Of a stretch of DNA of 64,000 nucleotides, positions 51,951 through 58,219 are shown in pieces; positions within the stretch are counted from its first letter, which is position 1, and each line of letters begins with the position of its first letter. A program made the position numbers and the translations under genes. This stretch comes from a virus. The notes beneath the pieces were generated by a model. That model saw only the letters and a program-made list of their open reading frames with translations. It was not told the origin of the DNA and did not search any database. The DNA lies in the IMG/VR virus record IMGVR_UViG_3300045988_177920, positions 30,051 to 94,050 of that record, one strand, 5' to 3'.

Positions 51951-52063
51951 AGTTTACACTTCTACACATATTTTAACTACTCTAGATATGTATTATAATA
52001 AGTGTTAAAATTCTATTTATTAAATATTTTCCATTAATAGTATCATTAGGATTTTATTAATTA

Positions 52064-52095
52064 TTTGCATATATAAAAAATAGTAACTAACTTTG
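52064..52095 (+). promoter_or_regulatory. Bacteroidota-type promoter for the plus-strand operon
   Basis: TTTG (52064-52067) is followed after 20 nt by TAACTTTG (52088-52095). Confidence 0.5.
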
Positions 52096-52159
52096 CAGTG
52101 CTTCTTATAAGAAGTGAACGGTCAAGTACTGTTAATCACATAGCCTTTAAGCACCATAG

Positions 52160-52365
52160 TGTATTAGAGATGAGGTAATTATAGTTTGCGGGTCTTCCAG
52201 CCAACCTAGGAGAATAAAGGGTACTAGAAGTAGGGTAGAGGTAATTGGAAGCTAGAGATAAGAGAGGTAGACTAATAATATATAAACGCCCCAAGGGCTA
52301 TAATTACCTATGCCAGGCTCCCAATTTGGCGAAAAGTGGGGCAGGTCTCTCTATAATCTCTAGTT
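52160..52365 (+). ncRNA. Candidate structured leader RNA
   Basis: Nested long-range complementarity: TAGAGAT (52165-52171) with ATCTCTA (52356-52362); GGTAATTATAG (52174-52184) with CTATAATTACC (52298-52308); CTTCCA with TGGAAG inside. The region is GC-richer than its flanks and has no ORF. Confidence 0.3.
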
Positions 52366-52425
52366 TTATTATAAAGGTTGATTAATAGGAACGCTAATAA
52401 TATGCCTAAAATTTAATATAAAGAA

Positions 52426-53157
52426 ATGAAACACGTTATAGGTAAAAGAAATGGTAAGACTATTGTATCAGGTGGTGGTAGTCTTGAAGAACAAAAAAAT
52501 AATTTAAAGCATTGGGAGATTTTAGATAGTGTTGGTGGAGAAGGTCCTAAAGCCAATTTCGCTATTACAGATCCTGTGTATTATATAAATAAGGATGATA
52601 TATATACCATTTTAACTGGGGATTATTATAAAACACAAAATACAGACCCTAATGCACTAGCTGGAAATGTTTCAGGAGATAATTATAGAATATATAGGGG
52701 AATTAGTGCGTTATCGAATAGTTTCCCTGAGGGTATTAGTGTTACTGCTGAAGTTTATTTAGGCATTCCTGACGAATATAATAAGTATAAATCTGTAATA
52801 GATTATCAAACAGAAAATTTTCCTGAGACAATATTAAAAAGATCTGAAGTATATGCGCAAAAATATCCTTATTTTGACTATAGTAGTTATAGTAAAGATT
52901 TTTTTATTGGTTCTTTAAATACAACAGCAACTTTAAGTACTGATGGAACAGTAAGTGAATTTTCTGGAGGACATCATATTACAGTCAATAGGTACGATCC
53001 TATTGGATATCCTACTGGTAAAGTCGTAGATTATATTGTCACGGCCAATCCCGCAAAATTAACCAAATTTTTTAGTAGTGTTGAGTATGCAGCAATTATA
53101 ATTCCTGTTATGAATGTGAAGGGGAATATTCTTACAGGTAATATTATTATACAATGA
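52426..53157 (+). CDS. Hypothetical protein
   Basis: Intact track ORF, first gene of the plus-strand operon. Confidence 0.7.
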   Translation: MKHVIGKRNGKTIVSGGGSLEEQKNNLKHWEILDSVGGEGPKANFAITDPVYYINKDDIYTILTGDYYKTQNTDPNALAGNVSGDNYRIYRGISALSNSFPEGISVTAEVYLGIPDEYNKYKSVIDYQTENFPETILKRSEVYAQKYPYFDYSSYSKDFFIGSLNTTATLSTDGTVSEFSGGHHITVNRYDPIGYPTGKVVDYIVTANPAKLTKFFSSVEYAAIIIPVMNVKGNILTGNIIIQ

Positions 53158-53726
53158 AATTAGCATCACATAACTCCCTAACATACTTACCCCCTAAGAA
53201 ATGGTATTTATATCCTTTGAGATTTATAGCAAGATGTCAAAGTAAATCTATTGAGGAACAGTATAAGTTAGGTATTAGATTTTTTGATTTTAGAATAAGT
53301 TTTGACAGAAACTTTAATGTTGAAATAAGACATGGATCAATGGCTTATAAAGGAGATGTAGAAGCATTCTTAGATTTCCTTAATAAGAAAAGAAACTGTT
53401 ATGTCAGACTGATCCTAGAAAGAAAATTAGATGAAGAGGATATACAATTATTTCAGCACTATTGTGATATCTTAGTTAAAAAGTATCCTAGGGTAAAATT
53501 CTGTGGAGGTATAGATAAAGAATCTTGGAAGGTTATATACGAATTTAAATATAACCCTACTTATGAAGATAAATATTCTTCTAATAATACTCTGGGTACT
53601 CCATGTACAGGAACTTATTTAGATGATTGGTGGCCTTGGATATATGCTAAATGTAATAATAAAAGGAATATAAAAGAAGGCACTGATAAAGAATTTTTAA
53701 TGATAGATTTTGTAAATATTCAATAA
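53154..53726 (+). CDS. PI-PLC X-domain-like phosphodiesterase (tentative)
   Basis: ASHNSLTY, LGIRFFDFRIS and VEIRHGS parallel the catalytic His, the GxRxxDxR block and the second His of bacterial PI-PLC-type TIM-barrel phosphodiesterases. ATGA coupling to the upstream gene. Confidence 0.45.
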   Translation: MKLASHNSLTYLPPKKWYLYPLRFIARCQSKSIEEQYKLGIRFFDFRISFDRNFNVEIRHGSMAYKGDVEAFLDFLNKKRNCYVRLILERKLDEEDIQLFQHYCDILVKKYPRVKFCGGIDKESWKVIYEFKYNPTYEDKYSSNNTLGTPCTGTYLDDWWPWIYAKCNNKRNIKEGTDKEFLMIDFVNIQ

Positions 53727-53731
53727 TATAT

Positions 53732-53769
53732 AAGGGTATGGGGCTTTAACCCTATACCCTTTAATTTTA
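53732..53769 (+). terminator. Intrinsic terminator
   Basis: AAGGGTATGGGG pairs with CCCTATACCCTT (12 bp, one G-U pair) around loop CTTTAA, followed by TTAATTTT. Confidence 0.65.
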
Positions 53770-53777
53770 ATATATAT

Positions 53778-54677
53778 ATGGCTTGGGAAAATTTACCAAT
53801 GAGAGACAGGGCTACTATAATAAGGTTAGGAGTTCAAAGTGGCCTTAGAGATATAAATAGTATTAAAGAAACTTATAATAAGTTTGCTGATGGAGGTAAA
53901 GTAGATAAAGAAATAACTACCCCTATAAAGCATCCTGTAATACCTAAAAGTGATGACCAAGTAGCAATAAACTTTTTAGCAAATTGGTTAAATAACAGAA
54001 GAGGACAATTATATAACAATATAATTAATTCTAATGTAGGCACCATGCAGTACTTAACAAAACCAAAAAATAAAATAAGAGGAGATATAACAAAGAATGG
54101 TTGGAGCGAAAAATTTGTTGGTATACAACCTGACTTTCTACAATATTTTATATTCAATAATCCAGATAGAATAGCTACAAATAAAACTTTTTATTCTCAA
54201 ATAAATAATGCAGCGAGTGCTCCACAAACTATATTGACAAATAAACGCTCTAGTTCATATGATATAAGAGGAATGTATGTTGCACCCAATAGATGGAACA
54301 ATACTGGGCATTATATAGCATATGCAGGTATTCCTGATAATGGGGTAAACATACATGAAAGAACACATGCTATGAATGCTGATCCACAAGAAAGATTAAT
54401 ACAAAATAAAATAGATAGCAGTAAACACAAAGATAAGTATTTAGATGATAGTAAAGAAATATATGCAAGGTTAATGCAGTATAGATTTAATAATAAACTA
54501 TCACCTGGATTTGTGGTTACAAAACAATATTTACAAAAAAATAGAGATAAGCTAAAAGCTCTGAATTTAGATAGATATAGTGATGATGAACTATTATTCT
54601 TATTCAACGAAATAGCGGAAAATACTATAAATAATAACAATAATAAATTAGAAAACACTAGTAACTTCTTGACCTGA
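53778..54677 (+). CDS. Putative zinc metallopeptidase (HExxH)
   Basis: NIHERTHAM contains an HExxH motif. Otherwise unrecognised. Confidence 0.5.
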   Translation: MAWENLPMRDRATIIRLGVQSGLRDINSIKETYNKFADGGKVDKEITTPIKHPVIPKSDDQVAINFLANWLNNRRGQLYNNIINSNVGTMQYLTKPKNKIRGDITKNGWSEKFVGIQPDFLQYFIFNNPDRIATNKTFYSQINNAASAPQTILTNKRSSSYDIRGMYVAPNRWNNTGHYIAYAGIPDNGVNIHERTHAMNADPQERLIQNKIDSSKHKDKYLDDSKEIYARLMQYRFNNKLSPGFVVTKQYLQKNRDKLKALNLDRYSDDELLFLFNEIAENTINNNNNKLENTSNFLT

Positions 54678-54778
54678 AACTAATAAATTTTATAGGTAGT
54701 AATATTAAATAGTGTTAAAATACTTGCGTAATTAAAATATTATGCTTTACTTTGTAGCGTCTTAATACTATGATTAAG

Positions 54779-54850
54779 CTCTCCATAGTTAAAGGGATAT
54801 AACCTAGGATTTCTAATCCTATATTGAAAGTTCGAATCTTTCTGGAGAGA
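54779..54850 (+). tRNA. tRNA-Arg (anticodon UCU)
   Basis: 72-nt cloverleaf: CUCUCCA/UGGAGAG, GUUA/UAAC, UAGGA-UUUCUAA-UCCUA, GAAAG-UUCGAAU-CUUUC. Confidence 0.8.
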
Positions 54851-54930
54851 CATACGGTGGAAAGATGTTTAATTGTTGTTAAATTGTACAATAACCTCCC
54901 TTAATCTGAGAAGACGGAAGGAGGGAGCTT

Positions 54931-54995
54931 GGTTCCTTAGTATAATGGTATTACTCCTGAAAGGGAAGATAGTAGTTCAAATCTACTAGGAACCA
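54931..54995 (+). tRNA. tRNA-like element with truncated anticodon arm (65 nt)
   Basis: Perfect acceptor GGUUCCU/AGGAACC, a D arm containing AAUGG, and T arm AGUAG-UUCAAAU-CUACU. In place of a 17-nt anticodon arm there is only UCCU-GAAA-GGGA (4 bp plus a GNRA-type tetraloop). Confidence 0.4.
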
Positions 54996-55010
54996 CAAAA
55001 AATAAATATT

Positions 55011-55244
55011 ATGAGTTGGTTTACAGAAAGCAATAGAAATAAACATTTCTTTTATGCAATACCTGCAGGATTTATAGGCACAATATTATTTGTACTTGGT
55101 TTGGCAATAGGAATGGAATTTAAGGATAAACAGTATGGAAATAAATTCGATGAACTGGATATTTTAATGACATTAGCAGGTGGTGTAATAGGACAATTTT
55201 TAGCAGTTGCTTTTTATATACTAATATATAAATATGTTATTTAA
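55011..55244 (+). CDS. Small two-TM membrane protein (holin-like by architecture)
   Basis: 77 aa with two hydrophobic helices (FFYAIPAGFIGTILFVLGLAIG and LAGGVIGQFLAVAFYILIY). Wedged between tRNA genes. Confidence 0.5.
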   Translation: MSWFTESNRNKHFFYAIPAGFIGTILFVLGLAIGMEFKDKQYGNKFDELDILMTLAGGVIGQFLAVAFYILIYKYVI

Positions 55245-55248
55245 TTAA

Positions 55249-55319
55249 TGCCCTATAGTGTAACAGTAGCACGCAGGTCTCTAAAATCTTCAGTCTCAGT
55301 GCAAGTCTGAGTGGGGCGA
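55249..55319 (+). tRNA. Amber suppressor tRNA (anticodon CUA), probably Gln-accepting
   Basis: Hand fold: acceptor UGCCCUA/UGGGGCG, D arm GUGU-AACAGUA-GCAC, anticodon arm CAGGU-CUCUAAA-AUCUU (C-U mismatch at the top; U33, CUA at 55281-55283, A37), and T arm CUCAG-UGCAAGU-CUGAG. Confidence 0.8.
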
Positions 55320-55335
55320 CTAAAAAACTTTTATT

Positions 55336-55518
55336 ATGGAACAAACTATTCTTGATAACTTTAATAAGCCTAGTATTGAATACTTAAAACATGCTATGTT
55401 GGCTATACTGGATGATCTCAATTTTATAGATAAAGTCGTAGAAATACACTCACTTGGAAATGAATAGTTTGTACTAAACTTTTATGATGAACTTAATAAA
55501 ATAAGTGTAAAAAGATGA
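55336..55518 (+). CDS. Small hypothetical protein with one in-frame TAG (first recoded ORF)
   Basis: ATG is at 55336 and the in-frame TAG at 55465-55467. The frame continues to TGA 55516-55518, which overlaps the next ATG (ATGA). Confidence 0.5.
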
Positions 55519-55697
55519 AGGTAGATAAAAAATGGCAAGCTGAAAGCGATGCTCATACATTAGCACAATACCAGGAAATTATGAGTAGTCCTAGTAGAAA
55601 AAATGCTGCTATTAAAGCTGCTAAGGCACAAGCTGCAGCATTGGAAAGAAGAGCTAATGCTATGAAAATGGCTTCTGGTGGTAAAATAAAAAAATAA
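55515..55697 (+). CDS. Hypothetical protein
   Basis: Intact track ORF. Confidence 0.6.
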   Translation: MKVDKKWQAESDAHTLAQYQEIMSSPSRKNAAIKAAKAQAAALERRANAMKMASGGKIKK

Positions 55698-55870
55698 TGG
55701 AACCTATGATTAAAGATGGAAAAGTTATGACTGCTATTTCTGCTGCTAATATTCGATAGTTGGTAACGAAAGCAAATAACTTAAATGTGAAAAGAGAAGA
55801 CATAGTATCTTTAGTCAAGGAGAATGGTAGTTTTATATTAGTATACTATAGAGATGAAGGAGCCGATTGA
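55697..55870 (+). CDS. Small hypothetical protein with one in-frame TAG
   Basis: ATG overlaps the upstream TAA (TAATG). The in-frame TAG is at 55757-55759 and the TGA at 55868-55870. Confidence 0.5.
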
Positions 55871-56084
55871 TACTTTAGAATTTAAAGAGCCTACAAAGTA
55901 TGATGAGGAACCTGTTGTATACTGTAAAAAATGCTTATCCTTAAGGATACTTAGAATGGGCTTGGATGATCTTGTATATTGTGACAATTGTGGTGGAACA
56001 GATACAGGAGAATTAAATATTAAAGAGTGGGAAACTCTTTATAAAAATAAATATGGATTTAAATATTTAAATAATACTTTATAA
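55854..56084 (+). CDS. Zinc-ribbon protein
   Basis: CKKC ... CDNCG forms two CxxC pairs. Confidence 0.6.
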   Translation: MKEPIDTLEFKEPTKYDEEPVVYCKKCLSLRILRMGLDDLVYCDNCGGTDTGELNIKEWETLYKNKYGFKYLNNTL

Positions 56085-56087
56085 GCA

Positions 56088-56345
56088 ATGGAAGATAATA
56101 AAGAAGTAAAGGAGCTTACGTATGATCAACTCAAAGAAGTAGTAACACAGCTCCAGCATGATAACGATCTGTTATATGCAAGACTACAGCAGTTTGGAGC
56201 AACTACAATATTTAAACGTCTCGATTACCTATTTAAGGTAATAGAAAATGAAACAAGCTTTGAAAAAAACTTTGTAGACAGATGTGTTAATGAAGTAGTT
56301 GAAATAATGACTCCTGCTAAAGAAGAACCTCAAACAGAAGAATAA
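56088..56345 (+). CDS. Hypothetical protein
   Basis: Intact track ORF. Confidence 0.6.
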   Translation: MEDNKEVKELTYDQLKEVVTQLQHDNDLLYARLQQFGATTIFKRLDYLFKVIENETSFEKNFVDRCVNEVVEIMTPAKEEPQTEE

Positions 56346-56346
56346 T

Positions 56347-56730
56347 ATGCTTGGGAAAATTAACAACGTTGTTAGGATTCCCACCACAAAAGAAAAATTT
56401 TTTAAATATTGGTTTGAGTTTCTTAAGCCTTTTCATAATCTCACAAATAGAGAGATTGAAGTAATTTCCTCATTTGTAAAACACAGGTATAAACTAAGCC
56501 TTAATATTACAAGTGAGGAATTACTTAATAAGGTATTAATGAGTGAAGAGACTAAAAAATCTGTAAGAGAGGATTGTGGAATAACAAGCTCTCATTTTCA
56601 AGTTATTATGTCAAAGCTCAGGGAGAAAAAAATCATTATAGATGATAAAATAAATCCTAAATTCATACCAAATATTACAAAAGATGAGGGTAATTTTAAG
56701 TTTATGTTATTATTTGATTTTATAGAATGA
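56347..56730 (+). CDS. Hypothetical protein (possible winged-helix DNA binder)
   Basis: Track ORF. The functional hint comes only from the helix-turn-helix-like segment GITSSHFQVIMSKLREKKII. Confidence 0.55.
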   Translation: MLGKINNVVRIPTTKEKFFKYWFEFLKPFHNLTNREIEVISSFVKHRYKLSLNITSEELLNKVLMSEETKKSVREDCGITSSHFQVIMSKLREKKIIIDDKINPKFIPNITKDEGNFKFMLLFDFIE

Positions 56731-56969
56731 CTATAGAAGAAATAGCAAAAGAGTTAGATTTACCGATTAATGTGGTGGAGAAAACCTATAAAGCCTTTTG
56801 GCTATGTATTAGAAAACATATAGAGAGTCTGCCTTTGAAAGAAGATTTAACAGAGGAAGAGTTCTCTAAATTAACTACTAGTTTTAATATTCCATCATTA
56901 GGTAAGTTGGCGTGCCCTTATGATAAATATAAAAGAATAAAAGCGTATGTTGACAGTAAAAAAAATTAA
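56727..56969 (+). CDS. Hypothetical protein with N-terminal HTH-like segment
   Basis: Track ORF containing IEEIAKELDLPINVVEKTY. Confidence 0.55.
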   Translation: MTIEEIAKELDLPINVVEKTYKAFWLCIRKHIESLPLKEDLTEEEFSKLTTSFNIPSLGKLACPYDKYKRIKAYVDSKKN

Positions 56970-57357
56970 ACCTATGTTTACTGCCCTTGTTACAACAATG
57001 GATGTATATGAAGAAGATGGTAAAATAGGTAATATTATAGATGTAACAAAAAAAGCAGGTACAGTAAAAGAATATCAAACAGTTTTAGCTATTGGAGACT
57101 CTGTTAGAGGAATTAAAGTTGGGGATTTAGTATCAATAAATCCTAATAGATTCGCAGTTAAGAAACACAAAGACGGAAGTCTTAAAGATGGTATTATTTC
57201 AGATAATCCTGTTATTGAATATAGATTTGATATTGTTATAATTGATAATAAACCCTGTTTATTATTACAAGACAGAGACATAGAATTTGTAGTAGAAGAA
57301 TGGGAGGAAACTGAGGATACCTCAATTATCCATCCTAATAAAGACATTATTCTTTAA
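56947..57357 (+). CDS. GroES/gp31-like co-chaperonin (tentative)
   Basis: KKIKPMFTALV ... TVLAIGDSVRGIKVGDLVSIN follows the Cpn10 pattern (IKPL..rVLV ... G.VvAvG ... vkvGD.V). Confidence 0.45.
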   Translation: MLTVKKIKPMFTALVTTMDVYEEDGKIGNIIDVTKKAGTVKEYQTVLAIGDSVRGIKVGDLVSINPNRFAVKKHKDGSLKDGIISDNPVIEYRFDIVIIDNKPCLLLQDRDIEFVVEEWEETEDTSIIHPNKDIIL

Positions 57358-57362
57358 AGGAC

Positions 57363-57390
57363 AAAGCCTCTCAATCGAGAGGCTTTTTTA
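57363..57390 (+). terminator. Intrinsic terminator
   Basis: AAGCCTCTC (57364-57372) pairs with GAGAGGCTT (57377-57385) around loop AATC, then TTTTTT. Confidence 0.8.
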
Positions 57391-57402
57391 ATTTAGACAG
57401 AT

Positions 57403-57951
57403 ATGAAATTATTTAAATATGATGCATATAAAATAGTTATCTCAGAAGAGGCATTATTGCTTAAACCATTTAAACAGATATGGGTAAGAGATAAAACTAG
57501 TGGTAAAAGTAAAGCACTTTAGGAATTAGCATATATCTATTTTATGTGTGATCCTAGAAGTGATTATCAGTATATTATTGACCCTAAAGAGCGTGCAAAA
57601 GCAGTTATAGAAGGAGAAGGTTTAAAAGATTGGAAGCCCGATAAACAAGTTCAAGAAGCTATGTAGTTTTATGAATCATTTAAATCCCCCTCCGCACTTC
57701 TTCTCGAAGATACTCGTGTTGCTGTGGATAAAGTCAGAACGTTCCTTAGAGATGTTGATTTGAATGCACTGGATGATAAAGGAAAGCCTGTTTACACTAT
57801 AAATAGTATAACATCTACTATTAAAATGATTCCTTAGTTAGTTAAAGACCTTGCAGATGCTGAAAAAGCAATTACAACTGAAATGATCAGTTCTGGAAAA
57901 ATGCGAGGTTCTGGTGAGAAAAAATTATTTGAAGATGGAATTAACATTTAA
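57403..57951 (+). CDS. Hypothetical late protein (182 codons, three in-frame TAG); small terminase subunit possible by position only
   Basis: ATG is at 57403 and TAA at 57949-57951. The frame is interrupted only by TAG. It lies immediately upstream of terL. Confidence 0.55.
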
Positions 57952-58219
57952 TGAAATAATAAACACTATAGGGAAAGCAATTGGCAAAAACCTTGTTGTT
58001 AGAAAAACTGTAGAAGCACATTCTACAATGAAAATTATTAAAACTTTTACAGGAGAATTATATGAGATAAATAAAGGTAAAGGTGAACTTATAGAAAGGT
58101 TTACTAAAACAGATAAAGTAGCAACAGCTTCCTTAGAAAGTTTTCAAAAAAAATTTGATTTGTATATAATACAAGAAATAGTAAAATTAGTATTAAATGG
58201 AGAACTTTCAATTAAATAA
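57935..58219 (+). CDS. Hypothetical protein
   Basis: Track ORF 57914-58219 trimmed to ATG 57935. It overlaps both neighbours. Confidence 0.45.
   Translation: MELTFNEIINTIGKAIGKNLVVRKTVEAHSTMKIIKTFTGELYEINKGKGELIERFTKTDKVATASLESFQKKFDLYIIQEIVKLVLNGELSIK

Noticed and set aside
54803-54819. The CUA triplet in the anticodon loop of the 54779-54850 tRNA raised the possibility of a second suppressor.
   Set aside because: With the only stable 5-bp stem (UAGGA/UCCUA), the loop is UUUCUAA. The anticodon is therefore UCU (Arg), and the CUA triplet occupies positions 35-37.
54851-54930. A possible additional tRNA in the spacer between tRNA-Arg and the tRNA-like element.
   Set aside because: There is no T-loop consensus and no 7-bp acceptor pairing, only short generic hairpins (CCTCC/GGAGG, TTTAA/TTAAA).
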